Positions 35,601-44,392 of a DNA stretch of 45,580 bases are shown here, piece after piece. The notes under the pieces were generated by a model. The model ran no database searches. It was not told where the DNA came from and saw only the letters and a list, made by a program, of their open reading frames with translations. The position numbers and the translations under genes are program-made. Origin of the DNA: a virus. Its lineage: Duplodnaviria > Caudoviricetes. Numbering within the stretch: the stretch's first letter is position 1; every line of letters begins with the position of its first letter. The stretch covers positions 1 to 45,580 of IMG/VR virus record IMGVR_UViG_3300049730_000057. One strand, written 5' to 3'.

Positions 35601-36799
35601 GAGATGTTGCCAGCGCCCATATCGCCTGAGGCCTGGCCCATGAGCCCCATGCCCTGCTGCTCGAAGGCGTTCTGGCCCATATTGGCTCCGAGATTGCCTT
35701 GAAGTTGGCCAGCAAACTGATTGCCCTGATTCTGGAGGCCTGAGAGCTGGGCCATGATGCCAGGGGTCATCCACTGGTTCGCGGCATTGTTCATGTAGTT
35801 GAAGCCGTGAGTCTCCAGCGGGTTCCACCCAGCGGCCTGGTTGATGGCTTGCTGGGAGCTGTCGAGACCTTGCTGACCCATCTGACCGTACTGACCCAGC
35901 TGCTGGTTGACTTGTCCCTGGGCCCCAGCACCAGCGCCCAGGTTCAGATAGTTCTGGGCGGTGGTGTCAAGCCCACTCCACCCAGCAGCCCGCCAAGCTG
36001 CATCGCCGATGGCGCTCGACCAGTCAACCCCCATTTGCTGGTTGCCTTGGAGAGCGCTCTGGATACCCTGGGCCCCCTGTTGGCCTTGCTGCTGGAGGCC
36101 TGCAAGTTGGCTCTGGATGCCACTCGCGTTGTTGTAGGCGCCCCCCATGGTGTTCTGGACACCACCCCACAGGTTCTCAGCGCCCATCTGCCGGTAGGCT
36201 TCACCCAGTTGCTGGTTACTCAGGCCCATCTGAGCCAGCTGGTTGTATCGCTGGTCGCCTTGACCGAAGGCACCAGTGATCTGGGACTCCCCCAGAATCC
36301 CCTGCATCCCACGAAGCTGGTTGAAGGCGTCAAAGTAGGTCTGCTGGGTCTGTCCCACCTGGCCCTGGCCCTGGGCAAGGGCTTGCTGGCCCATTTGGAA
36401 GGCCCCTTGACCCTGTTGCTGGGCAGTCTGACCCATCTGCTGAAGCTGACCCGAAGAGCCCAGCATCCGGGCTTGGGCCTCGGCACCCTGCTGAAGACCA
36501 CCCTGCCAAGCCCCGCCGTACTGAGCCTGAGCCTGAGCGAGGGCGTTATCCATGTTCCCGAGAGCCTGGCTCTCGAAGGTGTTGACCAGGGGCTGCTGGG
36601 GGCGGCCCTGGATGGTGTTGAGGAGGTTCTGTTCGCCAGTAGAAGGCTGAACGAGGCTGCTGGGAAGGCGAAGATAATTCGCGAGCGTGCCCCCAGCAGC
36701 TTGCAGATCAGTCGTCTGCTGAGACCGCATCCGGTTCAGATGCTGAAGGTCAGGGTCCTGCTGGTTGGACATGGACGTCGTGCCGCCTGCGCTACCCAC
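32660..36799 (-). CDS. Large Q/G/A-rich repeat ejection (DNA-transfer) protein
   Basis: MGS.GG N-terminus, central GG..SG motif, two repeat arrays, C-terminal hydrophobic GxxxG segment. Confidence 0.7.
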   Translation of the reverse strand: MGSAGGTTSMSNQQDPDLQHLNRMRSQQTTDLQAAGGTLANYLRLPSSLVQPSTGEQNLLNTIQGRPQQPLVNTFESQALGNMDNALAQAQAQYGGAWQGGLQQGAEAQARMLGSSGQLQQMGQTAQQQGQGAFQMGQQALAQGQGQVGQTQQTYFDAFNQLRGMQGILGESQITGAFGQGDQRYNQLAQMGLSNQQLGEAYRQMGAENLWGGVQNTMGGAYNNASGIQSQLAGLQQQGQQGAQGIQSALQGNQQMGVDWSSAIGDAAWRAAGWSGLDTTAQNYLNLGAGAGAQGQVNQQLGQYGQMGQQGLDSSQQAINQAAGWNPLETHGFNYMNNAANQWMTPGIMAQLSGLQNQGNQFAGQLQGNLGANMGQNAFEQQGMGLMGQASGDMGAGNISQALQALNLQGTQQSGQISQQMQGALGGNQFEQGGQQALATAMQQGNTQAIMQALQQLQQQGQQTAQGITAGLGQNMQQNQFEQQGQGALNQALSAGMTPQIMQQIQALAQSGNAGAQQIAQQLQAAMGGNQMEQMGMQAFNQSVGDMGAAQTSQRLQNQLGQASAAGQGVAAQLGANQNLTPQELQAQAALGQSYADQGMTGINQQLAQMNQQGGQNAAAIQQRLQQNMGLTGFEQWGQQNFDRATDPTGQLNAAQQYLEQVVGGELANRLQQGGLGGVRSGAYGEDLARAGADLILPILQNTQQLQGMAGQAGLQAGAGLRQAGVQTGGIEQGLLGQLLQSGLGAGQVGAGMLGDVRQAQTAAGQAGLAAEGQRRAAGVQGAGIQADLISQLMQGGIAGGQLDAAMSQAQRQAMTAQGQAGLQAGAQQRAAGIQAGGINADLLAQLGQQGLQGQGILSDLERARQATALGAGQAGLQAGQGLRQAGVQGAGIQADMMQQLLAQGTQGQGVAGDLERARQATALGAGQAQLQAGAQQRDAALRAGGIDAQMLQQMMQTGLGSQQINEQLNQAQRQAALQAGQTGVQAGADLRQAGIQSQGLNADFMSQLMQQGLQGQQLTAQMDAQRQASEQAAGQANLQQAMGQRQAGIQGQQAQNQLLAQLLQFGLGQGQLTSDMANQQRQGQLTAGQAGIQQAQGLRDSGLQVAGLQGDMLGQLLQSGVQGQGINADVLGQLMQSGVAGQGVNANMAQALMGGGLQGIGMGTDFTQNMAQNLMGANTANQNILGGLAGDTLGAQTQAFGIRQQDQNAALSALASMYGSQLGAQTDLANIGMSGANQWMGNMADIYGTQAAGESNWMNQLGLQQDRALDYSLGLQQNNLGMLGAANDQAAMRMGFGGQMEGREMDRINAALQAAGVGRMSNLENLLRESDYVQSIITGLPVSNQARMYQTTRNERDWAQFGGQMLGTVIGAVAGGVT

Positions 36800-37343
36800 T
36801 CACAACAGCTCCTTCAACAGGGATACGGTGCAATGTGGCACTAATCTGTGTGCCGAAGATTCGAGACATGGCCCTGGGGGACCGCTGACTGCCCCACAGG
36901 ATGTAACTGGCTCCAGTATCGCGGGCCCACTGCTTGAGGTCTTCGATGTAGTCCTTCGCTACCTGGGGAGTGCTGTCAGTGCTGTTGTAACCAACCTGAC
37001 AGAAGACCCACCGGCTGCCGCCCTCAGACTCCAGAGTGGAGAGGGCGAGGGCCACCAGCACACCATCTCCATCAACCATCAGGGTCAGACGAATGTAGGG
37101 ATCATTGAAGATCACCCGAGCCAGGAGCCTGCGAAGCTGTTGGTGACCCCCGCGCTCGGGCCACTGGTCCTCGAAGCCACTCAGGAGGAAGCAGACCTGG
37201 GGCCATAGCTCTGTATGCTCCCGCAGAGTCAGATCAGGGTTAATGAGTAAGTTTGGGGGCCCTGCCACAAACTTTGCGGCGGAGCCGTCAAAGGTCAATG
37301 TCACAGACCTTGATCTGGCGATAGAGCTTGAAGCCAAACTCAT
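36792..37343 (-). CDS. GNAT-like virion-assembly protein (true start probably nearer 37300)
   Basis: LKQWARDTGASYI.W...R...R.FG; paralog of the next gene. Confidence 0.5.
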   Translation of the reverse strand: MSLASSSIARSRSVTLTFDGSAAKFVAGPPNLLINPDLTLREHTELWPQVCFLLSGFEDQWPERGGHQQLRRLLARVIFNDPYIRLTLMVDGDGVLVALALSTLESEGGSRWVFCQVGYNSTDSTPQVAKDYIEDLKQWARDTGASYILWGSQRSPRAMSRIFGTQISATLHRIPVEGAVVSG

Positions 37344-37752
37344 CTTCCCAGCCCTTGTCTCCTTTACCAGTAATCAGCACGAGCTTCGTGGCCCCGTTCT
37401 TCTGAGCCCATGTCTGGATGGCTTCCATGGCCGTCTTCTGGCCATTGCCCACGCCAGGGTCAGCCTTGATCTGGAGCACGGTGGCCCAGCAGGAGGATTG
37501 GTCCATGCCAAGCTGCGCCACGGCATGACCCACCACCTGAGACTTGTCGTTGACGAGGGCCAGGACCAACTGGGTGGGGTCCCCTTGGTAGAGACGGGTC
37601 ATCACAGCCTTTGCGACGGCTTCGCTGCTGGTTTCAGGGCTCTGAGACTTAGCCGAGTCGAGCACCCGCTGGACGACGAAGGGCACCAGGAAGCCCGCTG
37701 AAGGGTCGTAGGGGTCGACCTTCGCGACAACAGCGTCGATAGGCTTAGCCAC
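37288..37752 (-). CDS. GNAT-like protein (T7 gp13-like position)
   Basis: IQTWAQKNGATKL.L.....GW...FGF. Confidence 0.6.
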   Translation of the reverse strand: MAKPIDAVVAKVDPYDPSAGFLVPFVVQRVLDSAKSQSPETSSEAVAKAVMTRLYQGDPTQLVLALVNDKSQVVGHAVAQLGMDQSSCWATVLQIKADPGVGNGQKTAMEAIQTWAQKNGATKLVLITGKGDKGWEDEFGFKLYRQIKVCDIDL

Positions 37753-38077
37753 GCTTGCCTCCACGCCGCTCGCGGGATTCAGTGATGGCCCGCTGATCGG
37801 CCTCAGCACGCTGACGATAGGCGTCCTGAATCATCTCTTGCGTCATGGGGCGGTTGCCGAAAATCGTGTCCATCACCTCCCTCACAGCCATCGCCACTTC
37901 GGGGCCGTGGCGGCGCTCAATCTCTGTGGCAACGATGATGCGGTTGTTCATGTCGAGCATCCTCTGGTCCACGGTCTTGAACATCTCCAGGATGCTGATG
38001 TCATCATAGGATGAGCCCTCGGCCTCGGCGGTGATGACCTCGCCTGTGGCGCTCTGCTTTGACAGCGTAACCTTCAC
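37745..38077 (-). CDS. Hypothetical protein
   Basis: GGAGG RBS; GTGA overlap. Confidence 0.6.
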   Translation of the reverse strand: MKVTLSKQSATGEVITAEAEGSSYDDISILEMFKTVDQRMLDMNNRIIVATEIERRHGPEVAMAVREVMDTIFGNRPMTQEMIQDAYRQRAEADQRAITESRERRGGKRG

Positions 38078-38487
38078 TGTTTCCCTCCAACCCGCACGCC
38101 TGGAGCTGCAGCCTCCAGAGAGCGGTCAAATGTTTCATAGGCGACTTGGTGCTTACTGTAGCTACCGGGGTGACCACCGATGATGAAGGCTCGACCGTTG
38201 CGGTCGTAGAAGTCGTTCTCCACTTCAGCAGCCTGGCTATCGTTGCCCGAAAGCTGGCGGGCCAGGTCACCACGGACCTTGATCACGCCAGGGCCATAGA
38301 CGATGCCGTTGATGTAGTGGCGGAAGCGGAGACGGATAGTGACGGGACGAGCCAGGTCCAAGGCTTCAAGACGCCTGGCCTCTTGCTCGGGGGTCAACGG
38401 CTTGACAACACGCTTGCGCTTCTTGAACTGGACAATCTCTCGCCCGCGTGCGTCGTACTTGATAACGGGTTCCTTTTTCTTTGCCAT
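38074..38487 (-). CDS. Hypothetical protein downstream of the capsid gene
   Basis: H.ING..YGPG motif. Confidence 0.6.
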   Translation of the reverse strand: MAKKKEPVIKYDARGREIVQFKKRKRVVKPLTPEQEARRLEALDLARPVTIRLRFRHYINGIVYGPGVIKVRGDLARQLSGNDSQAAEVENDFYDRNGRAFIIGGHPGSYSKHQVAYETFDRSLEAAAPGVRVGGKQ

Positions 38488-38526
38488 TGAGTAACCTTGT
38501 GCGGGGTCTTCCACAATGGGTGGGTG

Positions 38527-38545
38527 GACCCCGCGAGGGGTTTTT
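38527..38545 (+). terminator. Hairpin with T-tract just after the capsid gene (T-tract on the + strand)
   Basis: GACCCC-GCGA-GGGGTT-TTT. Confidence 0.5.
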
Positions 38546-38583
38546 GTGTACCTAAGAGGTCCTAAGGTACGAGAAGGTTGACC

Positions 38584-39891
38584 TTAGGCGGGGAGCATCG
38601 CGCTGTAGGCGCTGCCGGTCTCAATGCGAGCGAAAAACGTGTTGTCAAGAATCCACGATTTCCACATCACTTTGTGACCAACTTTGCGACCTTGCGCGAG
38701 AGGGTTACTCCAGGAGGAACCATCAGGAGTGATGTAGCTTTCCAGGCTCATCCCGTTCAGCTCAACACGCCCATGGCTATCCTTGCCGAAGACCCACGCG
38801 ATAAACACCTCGATCTGATCCGCCGGGGATGCCGGGGCGATGGCCTCTGTGCCCGTTGGCTCAGTCGTCTGCACCACGGTGGCGCCCGCTGCCTGGCCAG
38901 ACTTGACCAGGAAGAGGTTGCCGGTACCACCAGCAGCCGTCATGTAGATGTCATAACGGTAGTTGGTGGACGAGGGCATGACGAAGGTGAAGGACTCGTT
39001 ATTGCCGGTTGCCGCAGAGGCAATGTTGGCCGAGGGGACGCTGATCTTCCGCTGCTGGTTGGAGTTGACATCACGAGCCACGACCACAAACTTGAAGTTC
39101 GTGGCCGAGGTGATGCTGCCTCCACCATCGGTGGCGGTGATCTGTGTCTTCTCTGCCGTCGCTGCACCTGTGGTGACCGCTGGAACACCCTTGAAGACCG
39201 GGAGGAAGTTCCCCCGGAGCCATCGCACGCCCATCCACACACCAATCTCTGCCTGTTCCAGACGTCGGACATTGGCAAAGTTGCTGGCTTGCTGGAACGT
39301 GGTGTCAGTCCCCAGGACATCACCCTCTTGCTGCGGAGCCATAACCCCGCCATAGAGGCCGCCTTCAAAGGACGCTGCACCCTGAGAGCGGAGGGCGGTC
39401 GTGGTCTTGAGGATCACGGCCGTCGACAGCTTGTCAGTGGCCACGAGACCACTGCGAACAGTGACCGCAGCCGGGAAGAACACCTGGGTTCCTCCCAGCA
39501 ACATCGCACCCAGTTCCCGCTCAAACATTTCTGCCATCGCGAGACCAGACCGCTCGTTCGCGATCTGCAAGGCTGGGTGGACGGTGGTGATCTGCGCCAC
39601 ATCGGTCAGCAGGACCACGAGGCCCCACTGCTCGACCGTCACGTCGACATTCTCAATCGACAGGGCTACCGCATCGGGGGGCGTCCCCTCAGTCAGGGTG
39701 GTCGTGGGCAGGGCGAGCCGCCGAGGCCTCGTCACCCGCAGAGTCTTGCTGGACCGCTGAGGGAGTTCAAAGCGGGTGGCGAACTTGCCGAGCACCATGT
39801 CGCGCTCTGCGAGTCGGTACACCTTCCGTGCGATGTGGACATTTGGAGCGTCGTTGGACAACGCTGCAAAATTTGTTACCGCATCAGGCAT
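38584..39891 (-). CDS. Major capsid protein (N4-gp56 family)
   Basis: LTEGTPP, V.VEQWG....TD, EIG...GVRW, FGKDS.G, SNPL.Q...G.K. Confidence 0.9.
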   Translation of the reverse strand: MPDAVTNFAALSNDAPNVHIARKVYRLAERDMVLGKFATRFELPQRSSKTLRVTRPRRLALPTTTLTEGTPPDAVALSIENVDVTVEQWGLVVLLTDVAQITTVHPALQIANERSGLAMAEMFERELGAMLLGGTQVFFPAAVTVRSGLVATDKLSTAVILKTTTALRSQGAASFEGGLYGGVMAPQQEGDVLGTDTTFQQASNFANVRRLEQAEIGVWMGVRWLRGNFLPVFKGVPAVTTGAATAEKTQITATDGGGSITSATNFKFVVVARDVNSNQQRKISVPSANIASAATGNNESFTFVMPSSTNYRYDIYMTAAGGTGNLFLVKSGQAAGATVVQTTEPTGTEAIAPASPADQIEVFIAWVFGKDSHGRVELNGMSLESYITPDGSSWSNPLAQGRKVGHKVMWKSWILDNTFFARIETGSAYSAMLPA

Positions 39892-40006
39892 TCATTTTCA
39901 CCTCTCTCTGTTGACAGTCTCAGGACTCAATCCCCATCATCCCTGTGGCCCATTGCCTAGGGGTGAGAGGGTCTGCTGACCGCTCAGCGTGTCACAGCCT
40001 TCACGG

Positions 40007-40147
40007 TCAAGGTGCTTGGTGCTCGTAGGAAGCAGGATGTGAGGACCCATGCATCTTCCAGCCTGCCTCCACTTCGATATGCCGGGCCTGGGAGCATCCA
40101 ACCAGGAGAAGCATCAGCAGAATCGCCACATGAATCAGTGCCCTCAC
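40007..40147 (-). CDS. 46-aa putative lipoprotein (not in the ORF track)
   Basis: VRALIHVAILLMLLLVG-C lipobox. Confidence 0.5.
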   Translation of the reverse strand: MRALIHVAILLMLLLVGCSQARHIEVEAGWKMHGSSHPASYEHQAP

Positions 40148-40151
40148 TCCT

Positions 40152-40730
40152 TTAGAAGGGGACGTTCTTCAGTGCATTCTCTAGCTCTTCGTCAGTGGCA
40201 TCGATAGCCGCCTTCATGGGCTGTCCAGGAGAACGGGTGAGGCCAGGACCCAGCATCGTGTTGTTCCGGGCTCTGGAGGCCGCGTCCTGGCGCTCCTTCA
40301 TGGTCTTCTCAAGCAACTGGTCAAACAGCTCGCTGCCCCGCAGGTAGCTCCAGGCCTGCTCACGAGTGATGGGGCGTCCCCGGTTGGCCTGATCCATGAC
40401 TACTTCCTCGATACGCTGGCGAAAGGGGGCGGCTTCAGGGCGGTTGGGGTAGAAGACTGCGGCATCAGCCGCCAGTTCAGCCTTGAGGTTGAGAAACTGG
40501 GCGATGGGAGCCAGGTACGGGGCCAAGACATCCCTGAGCGGGTCAGGCTGCGGCTGCTGCTGAGGCACTGGGACGTATTGGGGCTGGGGCCGGTACTGCT
40601 GAAGACCCTGCTGAACAGCCGTGGTGACGTGCTCTTGGAGAGCTTTCGGGTCATACTGCGGCTGCTGCGGTGCCTGAGCAGGCTGTTCAGCAGGCTGGTC
40701 TACATCAGTTCCCTGAAATTCGTCAGACAT
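40152..40730 (-). CDS. Capsid scaffolding protein
   Basis: Acidic/Q-P-rich N-terminus, helical; between portal and capsid genes. Confidence 0.7.
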   Translation of the reverse strand: MSDEFQGTDVDQPAEQPAQAPQQPQYDPKALQEHVTTAVQQGLQQYRPQPQYVPVPQQQPQPDPLRDVLAPYLAPIAQFLNLKAELAADAAVFYPNRPEAAPFRQRIEEVVMDQANRGRPITREQAWSYLRGSELFDQLLEKTMKERQDAASRARNNTMLGPGLTRSPGQPMKAAIDATDEELENALKNVPF

Positions 40731-40762
40731 TCAAATGTGACCTCATAGTCCAAAATAGATAC

Positions 40763-40828
40763 GAGGGGTCCCAGCAGTGCGGGCCCTCCAGCCTGTGTCG
40801 GGGCAAGCTGGACACCGGTGGGCCCCTC
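40763..40828 (-). promoter_or_regulatory. Nested stem-loop in the scaffold leader
   Basis: GAGGGG/CCCCTC, CCCA/TGGG, TCCAGCTTG/CAGGCTGGA. Confidence 0.4.
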
Positions 40829-40842
40829 ACTTGTGAATACTG

Positions 40843-41034
40843 CTAACCTTGGTCGGTATTGTCAAGAATGAGGGGGAGGCCTGGCAGCTCGTTCAAGAGG
40901 GCCCTGTAGACCTTGGCCTCGGCCTGCAACCGGTACAACTGAGGTAGCTCAGCATCCTCCATCTCGACATGGGCCATCATGAGACCCTTTTCGAGGCACT
41001 GCTTGATCTCTAGCCAGGTAGGATGGCGGGTCAC
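40843..41034 (-). CDS. Small protein after the portal gene
   Basis: P.W..I...L...YRLQ.E..VY pattern; GTGA overlap. Confidence 0.65.
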   Translation of the reverse strand: MTRHPTWLEIKQCLEKGLMMAHVEMEDAELPQLYRLQAEAKVYRALLNELPGLPLILDNTDQG

Positions 41035-42899
41035 TGCACACGCTCCAAGTTCGCCCTGTTCATCCTCTGCTCCACCTGGGCCCCATTAGCCCCTGGGCCT
41101 GCTGGAGGGCCTGGGGGACCTCCTGGGGGTGGGGGGCCAGCCTGATTGACCATCTGCTGAGCCTGGACCTGCTGCATCTGGGGGGTCATGGGCATGATGA
41201 TCTGCTCCACTCCCCGCTCCCCCATGCCATCCCGCCACATGCGCTTGATGAACAGGGGCCAGTTGATCATGACCCCCTGTCGATTGAGCAAGGGCTCGAC
41301 CTTGGCGATGCCCTGAGCGGCAGCGTTCATCTGCTGGGCCAGTGCTTTCATTTCCTGAGCCTGTTGAGAGCCAACCCACACCAGGTCCCAGTTGCCCTCC
41401 AGCTCTCGGACATCGATGGTCTTGGCTGGGTAGTACTGGGTGCCGGGGATACGCATGATCTGGGCCGGGGGGATGAAGAGCACAGACAGGCGATGCAAGC
41501 GAGCCAGCAAGGGTGTGAGGATTTCAGTCTCAATGATCTCGCAAGCATCTTTGATGTCAGCCGCAGCCAGGGTGATGAGAGAGTTGACCGCTTGGGTGCC
41601 CCTGGGGAGGCCTCGGGTGGGCTGGCCTTCCAGCATCCTGGGAGATGCCCCCAGCACGTCAATCATCTGAAGGGTGTTGCCCTGGGCCCTGAGAGCGCTG
41701 GTGTAGGTGTCGGGGATTTCGATGGGCACGACAGACTGCTTGGGGTTCTGGATGATCCACTTTTTGCGGTAGCCGAAGACAAACTGATCGCTGCGGTTAC
41801 CACCCATGCTGGGGTCCAAGGCGATGGGAGGGAAGGCAGTGGTGGCCCGAGCCTCTTCACCCTGGTTCACTTGGTCGTTGTAGAGAATCTGGAGGGGCTC
41901 CAGGTCTGACATGAGCCCGAGGGTGTACTGCTCACCAGCCATCGGCGAGGCTTGGGCCAGGAAGTAGGGGATTTCTGGGAACTCAGACATGTTGACCCGG
42001 ACACAGAGGGGGCTCTTGGGGACGTTCCACACGAGCCACACCTGCACCAGTTGACCGGTTTCCATGTAGAACCAGCACTCGGTCAACGAGATGAACTTCT
42101 GGGGGGCTGCGATGGGGGTCACAGAGCCCTGGGAGTCTACCGCAGCCCCTTGCATGGCTGAGGGGTTGGGGAAGCCCTGGTACTGCATCCGGGTGGTGAT
42201 GTGGTGGGGCCAGACAGGCGAGCCAACCTCATCCTGGGGAATCTGGTCACAGAGCCCCGAGGCAGCCATCGAGTTGTAGTGGTTCAGGGGGACCATGGAG
42301 TCTTCGAACACCATGACCGCATCTTCGACATTGCTCACTGTTTCAGGCCACACGTAGAAGCTGAAGGGGTCCACGGTGCGAGCGGTCGGCCAAATCTCTT
42401 CCAGGGGGCCCTGGACCCCGGCATAGTCCACCTGCTGCTGGGTGACCATGACTCCAGCCTTCACGATGCCCCGGCCGAAGACACAGAAGCTCCTGCTGAT
42501 CTCTGCTACCAGGCGCCTGATCTTGAGCCTTCTGCGGAGCAGATAGCTCATGTAGGCCCGTACCGAGTCAGCCTGGAGACCTGCTTGGGGGTTGCCTTCG
42601 TCACCGGGATAACACTCAAAGAAATCCGATGATGGGAGCATCATCTGGACCATCCGGTTGACAAAGCGATTCGTTGACCGTCTGGCTACCGGGATATAGT
42701 AGTCAAAGCTCTCTGAACGGAACTTGCGTCGCTCTGGTCGAACCTCAGCCTTGTAGGCGGCGTCACAGTAGAGCCATTTCTCTTCCAGAAGGCGCCGACG
42801 GGAGCGGATGGAGACAATCGGCCCCGCCAGCCGCCTGCTGACCTCTTCCTTCTGGTCGGGGTTGAAGGCTTGCGGCAACGAGGGGTCGATCAGGTTCAT
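41031..42899 (-). CDS. Portal protein
   Basis: 622 aa after terL; VFG.GI.K, VDPF.FY, GL...L..LQ..N. Confidence 0.85.
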   Translation of the reverse strand: MNLIDPSLPQAFNPDQKEEVSRRLAGPIVSIRSRRRLLEEKWLYCDAAYKAEVRPERRKFRSESFDYYIPVARRSTNRFVNRMVQMMLPSSDFFECYPGDEGNPQAGLQADSVRAYMSYLLRRRLKIRRLVAEISRSFCVFGRGIVKAGVMVTQQQVDYAGVQGPLEEIWPTARTVDPFSFYVWPETVSNVEDAVMVFEDSMVPLNHYNSMAASGLCDQIPQDEVGSPVWPHHITTRMQYQGFPNPSAMQGAAVDSQGSVTPIAAPQKFISLTECWFYMETGQLVQVWLVWNVPKSPLCVRVNMSEFPEIPYFLAQASPMAGEQYTLGLMSDLEPLQILYNDQVNQGEEARATTAFPPIALDPSMGGNRSDQFVFGYRKKWIIQNPKQSVVPIEIPDTYTSALRAQGNTLQMIDVLGASPRMLEGQPTRGLPRGTQAVNSLITLAAADIKDACEIIETEILTPLLARLHRLSVLFIPPAQIMRIPGTQYYPAKTIDVRELEGNWDLVWVGSQQAQEMKALAQQMNAAAQGIAKVEPLLNRQGVMINWPLFIKRMWRDGMGERGVEQIIMPMTPQMQQVQAQQMVNQAGPPPPGGPPGPPAGPGANGAQVEQRMNRANLERVQ

Positions 42900-44392
42900 G
42901 CGGTGGTCATTCCTTTGATCTTGGCGATCTCAGCGATCATTTGGTCTTCAGAAGGGTAGGGCTCCATCCATTCCCAGGGGGAGGCGTAGCGTTGGGCACT
43001 GGGGGGCACATACTCCCGTGCATCATCGAATCCCAGGACCTCACGGCGCAGATAGTTCCACATGGCGTACCGGGCACTATCACAAATATCATCATAGAAC
43101 CCATCCTTCACAGGCTTGTCCGTGGGCCGGTTTGGGGGGCAGTGGTAGCCTCCAAGCCAGCCATCGATCAGATGGCGGCACCGACGGTGGATGGACACGA
43201 GATATTGGCCACATTTGCACTTGGGCTTCTCCAACTGGGTGCGGATGAAGTCCAAGGAGGGATCAATGTCCATCAGCTTGGTGTAGCGCCACTGGTAGCC
43301 CCTGGACATGCCCAATCGAAGGATGGGGCCCGGGCCACGCTCGTTGACAGCGGCCCCGCTGCCGTCACCAGCTTCGAGGATCATGTTTTTCTGGAAACTG
43401 GGGAACAGGGAGCGTGTGAGCCCCTCAACCAGGTCGGCGAAGCCCTCGGTTTCGATTTCCTGAGCATCCAGCTCGGCATAGGTGAACCAGTGGGGCTCAT
43501 TCTGGCGACAGCGGATGATTTGGTGCCAGGTGACGGCAGGATGGCGAAATCCGAAGTCCCAGCCTCGGATCAGGGGCACTCGGGGGTCTGGATCGGAGAA
43601 TCCGACATGGTTTTCAGGCTTGAACTGAGGCATGACGGGTGGGCCGTCAGAAATGAAGCCATAATCCCCGTCCACCACCCTCTTGGCCTCAGCTTTCGAG
43701 TGGGTGGCGACCAGATCGTCCAGATAGCCGCTCGGGAGGTGGGGATTCTCCTTGGTGGCCGACTTGATGAGGTGATAGGTCGACCTGCCGAGGGTCTTGT
43801 AGCCCTCTTCCAGCCCAAAGAGGCGGGCGATCCAGTGACGGTCGGTCGGGGGGTTAGTGGTCAGGATTCCTTTGAGGTATTTCCCTGCGTGGGGCAGCCG
43901 CAAGCGTGAGACGAGACCCTTGAAGGTCGCTTCAGGCTCTTCTTGAGCCTCATCCACGTAGAACCAGCCAAAATCTTGCCCGAGCCAGCGGCCCAGGTTC
44001 TGACTCTCACGAGCCACCACCTCAGAACCATTAGGAAATACAAACTTGTGAGGAAATCGATCACGGTTCTCCAGTCCGGTGTATTCCACCTGAGCACCAT
44101 GGAGCATCTGGAGCCATTTATCCAGTGTCGAGTCATGCAGCTTGGGGTTCGAGCGGCGGACGATGACCCCACGGTTGTTGGGAATGCTGAGGGTCAGGGC
44201 CAGGGCTAGCGCGCAGGCTGGGACGGTCTTCCCTGATCCATACCCCCCGATCAAGCAGACGTACTTGGAAGGGGAGTCAATCAGCGCCCGCTGGTGTGGG
44301 AGGACATGGCGGTGGCGGCCTCGCTGAGGGCAGGATTCGATGGTGCAGATCGGGAACAGGGACTCGACACCCAGGCTCGCTTTAGCCGTCAT
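42896..44392 (-). CDS. terL: Terminase large subunit
   Basis: Walker A GGYGSGKT, Walker B FYVDE, TTNP, nuclease GWDFG and DDICDSARY. Confidence 0.93.
   Translation of the reverse strand: MTAKASLGVESLFPICTIESCPQRGRHRHVLPHQRALIDSPSKYVCLIGGYGSGKTVPACALALALTLSIPNNRGVIVRRSNPKLHDSTLDKWLQMLHGAQVEYTGLENRDRFPHKFVFPNGSEVVARESQNLGRWLGQDFGWFYVDEAQEEPEATFKGLVSRLRLPHAGKYLKGILTTNPPTDRHWIARLFGLEEGYKTLGRSTYHLIKSATKENPHLPSGYLDDLVATHSKAEAKRVVDGDYGFISDGPPVMPQFKPENHVGFSDPDPRVPLIRGWDFGFRHPAVTWHQIIRCRQNEPHWFTYAELDAQEIETEGFADLVEGLTRSLFPSFQKNMILEAGDGSGAAVNERGPGPILRLGMSRGYQWRYTKLMDIDPSLDFIRTQLEKPKCKCGQYLVSIHRRCRHLIDGWLGGYHCPPNRPTDKPVKDGFYDDICDSARYAMWNYLRREVLGFDDAREYVPPSAQRYASPWEWMEPYPSEDQMIAEIAKIKGMTTA

Noticed and set aside
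38578-39960. Long + strand ORFs opposite structural genes (also 23157-24128, 27456-28403, 33509-34435, 35807-36844, 42941-43909)
   Set aside because: Antisense shadows of GC-rich coding sequence, with no RBS or motifs
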